64,000 nt of DNA. Source: a bacterium (GTDB lineage Bacteria; Zhuqueibacterota; Zhuqueibacteria; Oceanimicrobiales; Oceanimicrobiaceae). The stretch spans positions 1 to 64,000 of the forward strand of contig JBHHXN010000003.1 in assembly GCA_046757025.1 (NCBI GenBank), read 5' to 3'. Numbering within the stretch: the first letter of the stretch is position 1; every line of letters starts with the position of its first letter. A program made the position numbers and the translations under genes. The notes beneath the pieces were generated by a model. It did no database searches, had not been told where the DNA came from, and saw only the letters and a program-made list of their open reading frames with translations. This document shows positions 8,844 to 18,728 of the stretch, piece after piece.

Positions 8844-11753
8844 TCATCTCAGCAACAGCATTTTGTGGTGCAAATTGACAACCTCGGTTTTCATTTGTAT
8901 GAGATAAATGCCCGTGGCGACCTCCAGGCCGTTGTGGTTTTTACCCTCCCATTGAACCTGGTAGCGGCCGGCGGGTTTGGTTTCGTCCACCAGTGTGGCG
9001 ATTTCCTGACCGAGCAGGTTGTAGATTTTAATGGTGACGTGCGTGCGCAGGGGCAGCCGGTAGGGAATGGTGGTGGCAGGATTAAAGGGATTGGGGAAGT
9101 TTTGCTGCAGTGCAAAGTCGTTCGGCAAATTGCCTGGCAAATTTGTGCCGATAATTTCTTCCCATTTCATTTGTGCGGCCATGGCATGGGCTTTCAGGTT
9201 TTCGAGGCCCGTGCCAGCTAAAATAGCAAATCCCGCGACCACCACCGAGTCCCGCGGTATTTGGAACGGTCCGGTCGCGATGAGGTGGGAATAATCGCCC
9301 GGCGTGGCAATGGTTGTTTTTTGAAATCCTTCGCTTAAGAATTGAAATTTTTCCTGATCCGTAAACCCGTCTTCGTCGTTCAGATCTACCTCATTGTCAA
9401 TGGCGCGATAGGAGACTGCCCCGCGTTCGTTGAGCACTTTCAAACCGCAGTAGGTTGGGAAAAAGGATGAGTACATGTAGCCCAGACTCAGTTTTGGATC
9501 GTAGTCCACGCGGTTGGTGGCGGCGCCAACCTGATCGATATTCCAGTCGAAAAATAAGCCCACATATAAATTGCTGACAAAGACCTGCCTGGTGTTTTTA
9601 ATGCGGTATTTCACCAGCACAAAATCATCGAACGGCGGCTGGCTGAAACTGAAGCATTCCTGAGTGACTTCGATTCCGTTGGTGAAGATGGTCTTGGTAT
9701 CCGCAAACCGGGCGATGGACTGCTGGTCGGCTAAAGTTCCCGGTGTGGTGAAGACAATGGTGCCATTGGTGACGACATCAAAATCGTGGCTTTTGGTGCC
9801 GATGGGGTGCTCTCTTGCCACATCGGACACTTTGGTGGGGCCGGTAGCCGCCAGAAAAGCGCCTTCGTTCAGCAAATTGATACCGTCCGCATTGAAGACG
9901 AAGCCGCTGCCTTCGACATTGTCCGGATAATCGGTGAATCCAAAATTGCCAGTGGAAGACACGGTGAGTACCACGTTTCCGACATCGTGTTCACCGTACT
10001 GCGGCGCGACGGTCAACACAAAGTGATCGCGATCGCGGTAGCGTCCGTTATCGCTGCTGATGTTGACGATAAAATTGAATCGCGAGCCTCGTCCGGCGCC
10101 TTCGTCGATGCGTATCTTAAAACCATCCCGATACTGAGCCACCACCTCACCGTGTGACATACCGGTGAGCTGAATGACCTCGTCCAGAAGATTCATCATC
10201 CCTGATATCGATTCCAACGTGATGAGGACGTTTTGGGCATCACTGAGATAATTTTTCAGCGTAAGTTTTACTTCAATGGTTTCGCCCGGCTCTAAAATAC
10301 CATCGCCGTCGCCTTCAGTGTCACGGGTTTGGATTTCTTCAATGCGAATGGATGGCAGCTTTTCCGTTAAGGCCGACCAGGCGTTGACCATGCCGCGGCC
10401 AAGTTTGCCTAAGTAAGATGGCGCCATGAGGTCCAGGCTGCTGGCAGTGGCCCGTACTTGCTCGCCCACTTGCAGAGCTCCCCAACTGGGATTTCTTGAT
10501 TTAACCAGCGCCGCCGCACCGCTTACAATGGGTGAAGAAAAAGAGGTGCCGTTGACCGCCAAAAAATCATCACTGCGGTTGGTGGTAAGAATGTTCACAC
10601 CCGGCGCGGCTAAATCAACCCAATAACCAAAGGTGGAAAATTTCGCTTTTGTCTGCTGCCGATCCGTGGCCGCCACGGAAAGCACTTTTGCATAAGCCGC
10701 GGGATAATTTCTCGATTCGGAGTTGCGGTTGCCAGCCGAAGCCACGATCAGGCTGCCTTTTGCCAAAGCGTATTGAATGACCTCATCCTCAAAACGGGAG
10801 TGGCCGGGTCCGCCCCAGCTGGCATTAATAATATCCGCCCCGTTGTCCGCGGCGTATTTTATGCCCGCAAATCCAAAACGCAGTTGCCGCTGGTCTTCGG
10901 CCGCGTCGGAAATCACTTTCACCGGCATGATCTTGCAGTTAAAACCGACTCCGGCGATGCCGGTCTCGTTGTTGGTGACGGCGCCGGCCACCCCGGCCAC
11001 CAGAGTACCGTGGGACGCTTCAAAGGCCGAATGCATGTTAGTCGGGTCGGAGTCGTTGTCACCAAAATCCCAGCCGCGTACGTCGTCGATGTAGCCATTA
11101 TGGTCGTCGTCGAGGCCGTTGTCGGGTATTTCACCGGAGTTGCGCCAGATGTTGGCAGCCAGATCCGGATGACGCCATTCCACACCTGTATCTACGATGG
11201 CCATCACCACACTCGAATCCCCTTGTTCCAGGTCCCAGGCTGAATCGGCCTTGATTAATTCGAGATAGTATTGGTTAGCCAGCAAAGAGTCGTTTGGGGT
11301 AAAATCAATATATCGAATAAAACAAGGTTCGGCATATTGGACATTTTGATCGTTTGAAAAGGCTTCGAGCAATTCGAAAATATTTTGATTTTCGTGAATT
11401 TTCATTTCAAAAACCGTGGACAAATCCGGGACGGCTGGATCGAGCGGCCCCGTTTCTTCGGGAAAAACTTTTTTGATTTCGACTATTTCGAATGTTTCAA
11501 CCTTTTGTTTTAAGGACGGGATGACATAAAATGCGTCCTTTTGGCTGGCAAGGGAATGGGCTTTATCAGAAGCTCGTTTGAGCTTGACGCGAATGCGGTC
11601 CCTCTCGTATTCTGCTGCAGAAGAAAAACGAGACTTCTGATAACTATTAGCCGGTTCAGATTGAAATGAATTTAACTGCGGAATTGCCCACAGAAAAAAA
11701 ATACCACATGCAGTAAAAAATAAATGATACTTTTTTTGCAATTCTTCCTCCAT
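8844..11753 (-). CDS. S8 subtilisin-like serine peptidase with T9SS type A / FlgD Ig-like C-terminal domain
   Basis: Catalytic triad IVDTG / SHGT / GTSFSSP. C-terminus FALQQNFPNPFNPATTI..IYNLLGQ..W.G..ATGIY..KMLLLR. Confidence 0.93.
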   Translation of the reverse strand: MEEELQKKYHLFFTACGIFFLWAIPQLNSFQSEPANSYQKSRFSSAAEYERDRIRVKLKRASDKAHSLASQKDAFYVIPSLKQKVETFEIVEIKKVFPEETGPLDPAVPDLSTVFEMKIHENQNIFELLEAFSNDQNVQYAEPCFIRYIDFTPNDSLLANQYYLELIKADSAWDLEQGDSSVVMAIVDTGVEWRHPDLAANIWRNSGEIPDNGLDDDHNGYIDDVRGWDFGDNDSDPTNMHSAFEASHGTLVAGVAGAVTNNETGIAGVGFNCKIMPVKVISDAAEDQRQLRFGFAGIKYAADNGADIINASWGGPGHSRFEDEVIQYALAKGSLIVASAGNRNSESRNYPAAYAKVLSVAATDRQQTKAKFSTFGYWVDLAAPGVNILTTNRSDDFLAVNGTSFSSPIVSGAAALVKSRNPSWGALQVGEQVRATASSLDLMAPSYLGKLGRGMVNAWSALTEKLPSIRIEEIQTRDTEGDGDGILEPGETIEVKLTLKNYLSDAQNVLITLESISGMMNLLDEVIQLTGMSHGEVVAQYRDGFKIRIDEGAGRGSRFNFIVNISSDNGRYRDRDHFVLTVAPQYGEHDVGNVVLTVSSTGNFGFTDYPDNVEGSGFVFNADGINLLNEGAFLAATGPTKVSDVAREHPIGTKSHDFDVVTNGTIVFTTPGTLADQQSIARFADTKTIFTNGIEVTQECFSFSQPPFDDFVLVKYRIKNTRQVFVSNLYVGLFFDWNIDQVGAATNRVDYDPKLSLGYMYSSFFPTYCGLKVLNERGAVSYRAIDNEVDLNDEDGFTDQEKFQFLSEGFQKTTIATPGDYSHLIATGPFQIPRDSVVVAGFAILAGTGLENLKAHAMAAQMKWEEIIGTNLPGNLPNDFALQQNFPNPFNPATTIPYRLPLRTHVTIKIYNLLGQEIATLVDETKPAGRYQVQWEGKNHNGLEVATGIYLIQMKTEVVNLHHKMLLLR

Positions 11754-12170
11754 GAAAAGAGGGCTAAATAATTCAGGCGATTTTCATAAAAAAGATACAA
11801 AAAATTATCCTGGTGCACAAGCGTATTCTATTTTTTACAAATTGAGGGAGGGCTTGCATTGGCTCTCCTCGAGGGGTGACTTGAATTGTCCGCGGAAGAG
11901 AGCCTGGTTTTTCCCATCGAGTGGTACCCCGCTTAGCGAGAGGGCGTCGGCGCATTTTACAGCGGGTGTCCTTTGTCCTTTAAGATTCAGATTGAGCAAT
12001 CGAGTTGTTTTGATCATTCAAATCCGTTTCGGTTTAGAAATTACGTTTTTTGTTGTCAGTTCGTCTGTGCATGACACCCTCCTATCCGGCTTAACGGGCC
12101 CCCTCAAGGCAGGACTTCCTTTACCGACAACAGGAAACTTGTTTCACCAGAGGCATTTCCAGCCACACAA

Positions 12171-12854
12171 TTATTTTTTTAGAGCCTGCTTAAAAATCGT
12201 GGATAAAATTTTATAACCTGCCATTAGCGTGCCGGCAACCGTGCCGGTAATTTTAGAAACCCCGATTCGCGAGCGGTAACTTACAGGTACCTCGGTAATT
12301 TTGAAGCCCATTTTTGCTGCTTTGACTTGCATTTCAACGGTCCAGCCAAAATTGGTATCTTGCATATTCAACCGCAAAAGTTGCGGCCATTTAATTGCCC
12401 GAAAAGGACCGAGGTCGGTGTACTTAAATCCGAACAGTAAATTGATCAAAAAAACCGACAGCCAATTTCCGAAGCGCGCCTGAGGCAGTAATGCGCCGGG
12501 TTCGGCCTGACCCAGAATTCGGGAACCGATGACTAGATCGTGGCTTTCCTCGATCTTTTGTAGAAGGCCTGGCATTTCTTCAGGATGATCGCTGTAGTCG
12601 GCGTCTAAAAATACCACCGTTTCCGGATTGCGGCTTTTCGCGTATTTTATACCCGCCAGGCAAGCCTGCCCGTAGCCACGCCGGTTTTCCTGCACCACAG
12701 TGGCGCCGTGCTTTCGGGCAATCTGAGCGGTTTTGTCCGTAGAATTATTGTCCACAACGATGATTTCTTCAACCAACTTTTTGGGGATAGCATTTAACAC
12801 ACGTGCGATGGATTTTTCTTCGTTAAACGCCGGAATGATGACAATGACACGCAT
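12171..12854 (-). CDS. Glycosyltransferase family 2 (DPM/DPG-synthase-like)
   Basis: IIPAFNEE, VVDNNSTD, GYGQA and DAD motifs. Confidence 0.92.
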   Translation of the reverse strand: MRVIVIIPAFNEEKSIARVLNAIPKKLVEEIIVVDNNSTDKTAQIARKHGATVVQENRRGYGQACLAGIKYAKSRNPETVVFLDADYSDHPEEMPGLLQKIEESHDLVIGSRILGQAEPGALLPQARFGNWLSVFLINLLFGFKYTDLGPFRAIKWPQLLRLNMQDTNFGWTVEMQVKAAKMGFKITEVPVSYRSRIGVSKITGTVAGTLMAGYKILSTIFKQALKK

Positions 12855-12860
12855 GTTATT

Positions 12861-13544
12861 TTAGGGTCCCATTAAAATTTCACGACTCATTTCGCCTTCA
12901 TTGAACAGCAAATCCACCACACTTAAACCATCGGTAAAATCATCAAATTGCTGGTGATACACTGGCGTTGGACTCTTAAAATATTGAATCTTGACACGCT
13001 TCTCCAACCACTTATTTTGAGAAAGATAATTTGCATATTTCTGTTCCACTAAAAACGTATCACACTGCGACTTCTCGATCAGAGCAAACACTCGCGGCAC
13101 CCCTCGCCCATGAATTTGCCATTCTGAGCTGAGAACAACGGAAGAAGTCATTCGCAAACAAGCCATTAAAAAATAAATGATTTCGAGATTTAATTCCAGC
13201 AAGCGGCGCCAGGACTTTTTGTAGAGGGACTCTAAAAAATCAGCGTACAATTCAAAATAAGGTGCGTATTGGTAATTCACCAACAGCGATTTCCAGTGTT
13301 TGTGCCGCCAGTTTTGCTGATGGTCGATCTGTACTTGATGGATCAATTGCCGTTGGCGACCTTTGGTGCGCACCGGCACGGTAAGCCAGCTCCGTCCAGA
13401 AGCCGTCTTAATTTGTGCCCGATTGATCCTATCGTGCGAAGCGTACTGAAAATCATCTGTCAACACGAACACATCTGCGTTACGAGCTTTGTAGAAAAAA
13501 CTCAGATCCGGCAAATAACAAGGCTGATGCGCTGCGACTATCAT
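12861..13544 (-). CDS. WbqC family protein
   Basis: AHQPCYLP..ADVFVLTDDFQY..NRAQIK..WLTVPV and Y.Q..LSVVDLLFN.G. Confidence 0.88.
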   Translation of the reverse strand: MIVAAHQPCYLPDLSFFYKARNADVFVLTDDFQYASHDRINRAQIKTASGRSWLTVPVRTKGRQRQLIHQVQIDHQQNWRHKHWKSLLVNYQYAPYFELYADFLESLYKKSWRRLLELNLEIIYFLMACLRMTSSVVLSSEWQIHGRGVPRVFALIEKSQCDTFLVEQKYANYLSQNKWLEKRVKIQYFKSPTPVYHQQFDDFTDGLSVVDLLFNEGEMSREILMGP

Positions 13545-14200
13545 GGGTTCTTACAGGTGTTGTCCAGATATGTGTTCAAGTAGGTTTGAATGTCGCCGCG
13601 TTCGTCGTCGGCCGCAGCGCGTTTTAAGGTGTCGATATCATCTACGTCGTACCAGTTTGGCAGCAAATGACAACTGAGCCGATTTTCCGCAGCTAACTGC
13701 AGGGTGGTTTGCAACACCGCGGGTGAGCTCCACTCGATATTCTGAAACAAAACCTCGTGCGGTTTTTTCACGCCCACTAAATAGTACCCACCGTCCTCTG
13801 CGGGCCCGAGCACGAGGTCGTTCAAATCCAACCGGTCAAATGCCCGGTCGATGAAGCTGGCCGGCAGAGTGGGACTGTCGCTGCCGAGCACCACGATCTT
13901 TTTCGCGCCGCTCAATTGTACGGCTTGCATAGCTTTCAACATGCGCACACCCAAATCGCCATCGATCTGAGGAAAGGCCTTAAACTCGGGGGGAATCAGG
14001 GCGTGAAATTTGTCGGCTAAGTATTCTGGGGTGAACGCCACGGACGCCGCATAGGCACTTGTCTGTTTGACCAGCTCGAAGGTTTTATCGATAAATATCC
14101 TGTACAACGCCGCGGCGTGTTCGTGACCGATTTGCGCTCCTAATCGCGTTTTCACTTTCCCGGCCTGGGGATATTTTACAAAAATAACGATATGCTTCAT
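13541..14200 (-). CDS. TIGR04282 / DUF2064 family glycosyltransferase-like protein
   Basis: IFVKYPQAGKVKTRL, Q..GDLGVRM, GSDSPTL, LGPAEDGGYYLVG and WYDVDD. The start ATG at 14200 overlaps the upstream TGA. Confidence 0.88.
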   Translation of the reverse strand: MKHIVIFVKYPQAGKVKTRLGAQIGHEHAAALYRIFIDKTFELVKQTSAYAASVAFTPEYLADKFHALIPPEFKAFPQIDGDLGVRMLKAMQAVQLSGAKKIVVLGSDSPTLPASFIDRAFDRLDLNDLVLGPAEDGGYYLVGVKKPHEVLFQNIEWSSPAVLQTTLQLAAENRLSCHLLPNWYDVDDIDTLKRAAADDERGDIQTYLNTYLDNTCKNP

Positions 14201-15099
14201 CAGATCAGGCAAGAGACATTTATGGGCGTGACTATTTTCAGACTTTTCGGTAAGATAGAAATTCGAACCACGGCCTCTTCCCAAACCGGCTCCCCGTCGA
14301 TGTTCACGTAGTCTGGAGCCTCCCGTTCCACAAACAACTCCGCCGCCCGGTAAAATTCAGCACTGGCATATTTCGGCATGTTCCCGGAAAACAGCTTGGG
14401 TACCGCCGATAAAATTTGAAACAGCGACAGTTTGTGAATAACACAGATGTCAAACAATCCGTCGTTGAGCTTGGCGTCCGGCGCGATTTTCGCGTTGTTG
14501 CCATATTGCTGCCCATTGGCCACGGCGATGGTAAACGGACTCAATAGCATGGAACGGCCATCAAAATCTATTTTCAAAAGGCTTGGTTTATAATTAAAAA
14601 ATTCTTTTGCGCTGAGATAAAAATAAGGCAGCGCTCCCCTATTTGGTGATTCATCAAATTTTTTTCCGACCAGCGCATCGAAACCAAAACCGGCGATGAG
14701 AAAAAAATAACGCTCATTGGCTTTACCCACATCCATGGCTGCGACCTTGCCGTTTGAAATCACCTCACAGGCTCGGATAACTTTTTGTGGAATTTGCAAG
14801 CTGCGCGCCAATCCGTTCCCCGAACCCAGCGGAATGATGCCCAGCACGGCCTGCGTGTTTACCAGACCGATGGCGACCTCATTGACAGTGCCGTCTCCGC
14901 CCGCTGCGACCACCAGATCAACATGCTCATTTACTGCCCGGCGAGCAAATTCGGTGGCGTCTCCCCTTTTGGCAGTATATTGAATAGTGAGATCAAATCC
15001 AACATCGGCAAAATATTGCGTCACTTGCTGCACCAAGGTTGCTTTGTTTTTATGGGAACCAGCGATGGGATTGACAATTAAAACGATCTTTTTGCGCAT
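14200..15099 (-). CDS. Diacylglycerol/lipid kinase family protein (YegS/BmrU-like)
   Basis: IVNPIAG, AAGGDGTVNEV, PLGSGNGLAR, GFDA and IDGE motifs. Confidence 0.92.
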   Translation of the reverse strand: MRKKIVLIVNPIAGSHKNKATLVQQVTQYFADVGFDLTIQYTAKRGDATEFARRAVNEHVDLVVAAGGDGTVNEVAIGLVNTQAVLGIIPLGSGNGLARSLQIPQKVIRACEVISNGKVAAMDVGKANERYFFLIAGFGFDALVGKKFDESPNRGALPYFYLSAKEFFNYKPSLLKIDFDGRSMLLSPFTIAVANGQQYGNNAKIAPDAKLNDGLFDICVIHKLSLFQILSAVPKLFSGNMPKYASAEFYRAAELFVEREAPDYVNIDGEPVWEEAVVRISILPKSLKIVTPINVSCLI

Positions 15100-15206
15100 A
15101 ACTATTTATTGGTCAAAAGTCCGAAACCGCGTATCTCTTTGAACGCGATAAAGATATTGATTATTTTGACTTTTGTCAATTTTATTTTATCGAAGAAAAG
15201 AGTATT

Positions 15207-15234
15207 TGGAAGGGATTCAACAAAATTTTTGTTA
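15207..15234 (+). promoter_or_regulatory. Degenerate candidate ECF promoter (GGAA-N19-GTT)
   Basis: TGGAAGG-N15-TTGTTA, with the same geometry as the GGGAATA-N15-TTGTTC sites at 21591 and 23359. Confidence 0.4.
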
Positions 15235-15240
15235 AGATAA

Positions 15241-15254
15241 TTAGTTGCAACTAA
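15241..15254. promoter_or_regulatory. Perfect 14-bp palindrome, candidate operator
   Basis: TTAGTTGCAACTAA is its own reverse complement and lies in a divergent intergenic region. Confidence 0.4.
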
Positions 15255-15369
15255 AACACCGCCGGGCCCGGGCAAGTTTCCTCGCTGGCGCAAAACACCC
15301 ACAACATAAATGAAAAGAAAGCTGAATCGCTTGAATCATTTATTAAATTGAATAATTCTATCTTAAAAC

Positions 15370-16239
15370 ATGATACATTTTCATAAATTAATTTTGCTGG
15401 TTTGCTGTCTTCTGCTGCAAACCACCCAGATTTTTGCCGGCGCATGGACGCAGAAAAAGCATCACTATTACGTAAAAATCAGCCTGCTGCGGTTTGAATC
15501 TACTTCTCAATATTTACTAAACGGTCAGCGCCAGAAGCTGGTTGACCGCGGGCAAGTGCTCGACCTGGCGGTAAATTATTACATGGAGTACGGCATTTTT
15601 GACGATCTCACTTTCATCGCCAGTCTGCCGTTTAAAAGGATCAATTTCTCCTGTGCCATCGAAGACTGCAACAAAACTTCCTCAGGAGTGGGCGACATTT
15701 ATTTTGGCCTGCGCTATCGTTTGTCGGAAAAATTATGGACGCTTTCCCTGCAGAGCGGAATCAAAATCGCCCCAAACTACGAGACCGATGAGAAGGAGTT
15801 AAACTCCGCTCCACCGCTGGGCGACGGTCAAAATGATTTTGAGCTGCGCTTGCAGGTGGGACGTTCGATTTTCAAGTATCGCGGCTATTTGAACCTGGAT
15901 GTAGGTTACCGGGCGCGCTCCCAGGAGCCCGTAGATGAAATTCCATTTTCATTTGAGTTGGGAGTGGACCTCACTCAGGACTATCTCCTAAGCGCGCAAA
16001 TTTACGGTGTGAAAAGTATCTCGGAAACGAAAAATCAGTCTGATTTTAGAATAGTAGATGGCCGGGTCGTGAATTTTGTCGGCACCGGCGCGGTGGAAGA
16101 TTTCATCAAAGCGCAGGTACAATTTATTTACCGAATCAACCGCCACCTGGATCTGTCGTTTTTGTTCGAACAAGTGCTCGACGGCCGCAACACTTCTCAC
16201 GCCAGCATTTTAGGCGGCGGCGTCGCTTTACACCGCTAA
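15370..16239 (+). CDS. Putative outer-membrane beta-barrel 'transporter' (SphA/MetA-pathway-like)
   Basis: Signal peptide then AGAWTQKK, SGVGDIYFGLRYRL, PLGDGQNDFELRLQVG. Paralog of the gene at 17808. Confidence 0.75.
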   Translation: MIHFHKLILLVCCLLLQTTQIFAGAWTQKKHHYYVKISLLRFESTSQYLLNGQRQKLVDRGQVLDLAVNYYMEYGIFDDLTFIASLPFKRINFSCAIEDCNKTSSGVGDIYFGLRYRLSEKLWTLSLQSGIKIAPNYETDEKELNSAPPLGDGQNDFELRLQVGRSIFKYRGYLNLDVGYRARSQEPVDEIPFSFELGVDLTQDYLLSAQIYGVKSISETKNQSDFRIVDGRVVNFVGTGAVEDFIKAQVQFIYRINRHLDLSFLFEQVLDGRNTSHASILGGGVALHR

Positions 16240-16413
16240 ATGCCACCAGGCAAATCGACTCCAGAAGTCTCTTTCAATTCAACATTCTGAATTCAACAAG
16301 GTGCCGGCCCCCTTCCCTGCAGGCGGCATAGTAATTGGAACAGAAATAAAATAAGCTCCATGCTGGCGCATTTTGTTCGAAATTTTGCAGATGATTTTCT
16401 ACTCCATCCGCCC

Positions 16414-17526
16414 CTATCGTCCATGAATTTCCGCACCCTGGTGAAAGACCCCCCAGGCAAACCAGTAAGCCACGTAGGACACCATGTGCTCAAGCTTCTC
16501 ACCTGCGAGCGGCCCGGCCGTGGCTTCACCCAGCACATTCCAGGTTGACTGGGTCTGTTCATCTTTAAAGGTGTAAGGAAATTCGACTACATTTGCGTCC
16601 AAAGTGAAGCTCAAAAGTTGACCGTTGACACTTCGCGAATACGCCGCGGTGAAATTATTCACGCCGTCGTTGATCACCAGAACGGTTTTATCATCGATTT
16701 GATCATTGACCAGTTCGATTCCCATTGAAGGATTTATGACGTAGGCCCGTGTGATGTAGGTATCTGATTCGGGATTGGAAATGACACCAAGCACACGTTG
16801 CTTCGGAGGCAAGCGGTCATCCAAAAAACTCACGGCGGATCTGAAAAGCGGCGGCGAATTCAAACTGCGGTAACCGGGATAGGCCGAGCCCGACTGACTG
16901 TAAGGCCGATCATAAGAAGTATTCGTGGACAAAACCAGGGTGTTCGGACACAATTTTTTCCAGGTTCCCCAGTTGGTTTCGAACGAAGGATAGATTTTTT
17001 GTTTGACGTTTCTTAGTGAACCGTTGTCGCATTGCAAGCGCATTTGCGGCCAATGGCTGTTCGTCTGCCGGTCAAACATGATCAGATTGTTATTATATAG
17101 CAAGCCTGAAACACCAAACGTGAGTTTTTGGTTGGCGTTCTCTCCATCAAAAACGATGGCCGACCCAGTGAGTGGACAAAAGCTCACGGTCTTTTTCTTG
17201 CCCGCTGGATATTCTTCGTTGACAATTTCATGCCAATCTAAAATCGCATGCGGATAGGCATAAGCCTGACCGTCCACCACCACGCCCACCACGAGCTCGC
17301 TGTCTTGAAGGTAGGTCGCCTGGCTTTGGGATATTTTTTCCGGATCAAACAGCGATGGAATGCCATCTTTGGGCACTCCGCCGGAAATGATCTCATTAAC
17401 TGGAATATTCCAATTTGCCTGAGAGCTGTCTACTCCGGATGACAAACTGTCGTTCTGCAACGAACAGGAATACCACCCCCATGACATCGAAACACAAAAA
17501 GCAATGAGCAATCTATATTTATTCAT
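16414..17526 (-). CDS. DUF3179 domain lipoprotein
   Basis: Lipobox-like YSC, GGVPKDGIPSL, AYPHAILDWHEIVN, FCPLTGS, FGVSGLLYNNNLIMFDRQTNSHW and YWFAW. Confidence 0.9.
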   Translation of the reverse strand: MNKYRLLIAFCVSMSWGWYSCSLQNDSLSSGVDSSQANWNIPVNEIISGGVPKDGIPSLFDPEKISQSQATYLQDSELVVGVVVDGQAYAYPHAILDWHEIVNEEYPAGKKKTVSFCPLTGSAIVFDGENANQKLTFGVSGLLYNNNLIMFDRQTNSHWPQMRLQCDNGSLRNVKQKIYPSFETNWGTWKKLCPNTLVLSTNTSYDRPYSQSGSAYPGYRSLNSPPLFRSAVSFLDDRLPPKQRVLGVISNPESDTYITRAYVINPSMGIELVNDQIDDKTVLVINDGVNNFTAAYSRSVNGQLLSFTLDANVVEFPYTFKDEQTQSTWNVLGEATAGPLAGEKLEHMVSYVAYWFAWGVFHQGAEIHGR

Positions 17527-17570
17527 TTCAATGTATCCTGTTTAGGTTATAAATTTATTTTGAAAAAGTC

Positions 17571-17753
17571 GTAACTATTCAGCCTAAACCGTCATGCTGA
17601 GCGCAAAATTCCAAATGCTGAACATCTCACCGAAAGCATCTGCGCGAAGCACCTTCGAACCGGCGAAGAGATTCTTCGCATATCCGCACCAGTGGAGCTG
17701 AGCAAAGAATCCAGAGTTTGTGCTCAGAATGACAACCCTGTCTGAATAGTTAC
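17571..17753. mobile_element. MITE-like palindromic element with 12-bp terminal inverted repeats (family A)
   Basis: Perfect TIR GTAACTATTCAG...CTGAATAGTTAC with inner IR gtcatgctgagcgcaaa/tttgtgctcagaatgac. The first 60 bp recur at 63941-64000. Confidence 0.75.
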
Positions 17754-17807
17754 AAAATATCTTATGATGAATTAACTTCCGCGACATGTATTTTGTGTCA
17801 TGCATCT

Positions 17808-18728
17808 CTATTTAAAAAACGTATATGACACCCCCAGGCTAAACACTTCGCCAGCGGGGTAATTTTTTCCCGAAAGACTAAATTGCACACCCGCTTCCAG
17901 CGCCAGAGCCGGCGTGACCGACCAAAACACGGCGGGTTCCAGATACAAGACCTCGCGCTCAGAGTCCGGCAGGGTAAAATCTTCATCCTTAAATTTCGCG
18001 CTGTACAATCCTGAGACCGCCAGCTTGAGCAGCAAATTATTCATCACGTTGAAGCCGCCTTCGCCTCTGAAAATAATTTCGTTGCCGGGGATTCGCGTGC
18101 TGGTTTGCGGATCTGGCTCAAAGCGGATGCGATAACCCACATCAAAATTCAGGTAGCCGGTAACGGGATACAGCGACCTTCCGAATTGCCCCACCAGTTC
18201 CAGATCCCACTGGCCATCACCGATGGGAATGACTTCCGCCTCTTTGTTAAAAAAGCCGGTCGGAGCTTTGGCTTCAACCTTGAAGGTGGCAACGAAGGGC
18301 AGGGTTATAAATCGGTAACGCGCGCCAAATCGAATATCGCCGATGTCATTGGTGCCGTCGCGTTCGGGATTGCTTAAATCCGTAAACTGAATATCATAAA
18401 ATGGCACTTGAACTTTTAATTCCAAGCGATCGGTCAGGCCGTATCCGATATCTAAAAATACCGCTGTAAATTTGCTTTCCCCATCAAATGGAAACGGCAC
18501 TTTCTGACCGCTTTTATCACATTTATGGGAAAAGGGGCAACCGGTGTTGCGGGAATAAAATTGCTCGTGTGTCTTTTGAAAAAACACAGAAGACTTCACC
18601 CATAGCTGGTTACGTTTAAGAGTCCAGGCGCCCGCATAAACCTCGACTGTCATAAAAAAAGCAGCAACCAAAATAATCGATGTACTGCTTTTTCGAAATC
18701 TGGAGAAATGGAGTAAATATTTATTCAT
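17808..18728 (-). CDS. Putative outer-membrane beta-barrel 'transporter' (paralog of 15370)
   Basis: AGAWTLKR, IGDIRFGARYRF, PIGDGQWDLEL and terminal LGVSYTFFK. An alternative in-frame start exists at 18743. Confidence 0.75.
   Translation of the reverse strand: MNKYLLHFSRFRKSSTSIILVAAFFMTVEVYAGAWTLKRNQLWVKSSVFFQKTHEQFYSRNTGCPFSHKCDKSGQKVPFPFDGESKFTAVFLDIGYGLTDRLELKVQVPFYDIQFTDLSNPERDGTNDIGDIRFGARYRFITLPFVATFKVEAKAPTGFFNKEAEVIPIGDGQWDLELVGQFGRSLYPVTGYLNFDVGYRIRFEPDPQTSTRIPGNEIIFRGEGGFNVMNNLLLKLAVSGLYSAKFKDEDFTLPDSEREVLYLEPAVFWSVTPALALEAGVQFSLSGKNYPAGEVFSLGVSYTFFK

Noticed and set aside
11752..12216. 154-aa plus-strand ORF and overlapping ~60-aa ORFs
   Set aside because: They run through degenerate REP-like palindromes and show no protein-family signal.
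16414..17526. Selenocysteine recoding in the DUF3179 gene
   Set aside because: The ORF is uninterrupted and ends in TAG, and the motif reads CPLT with no in-frame TGA.
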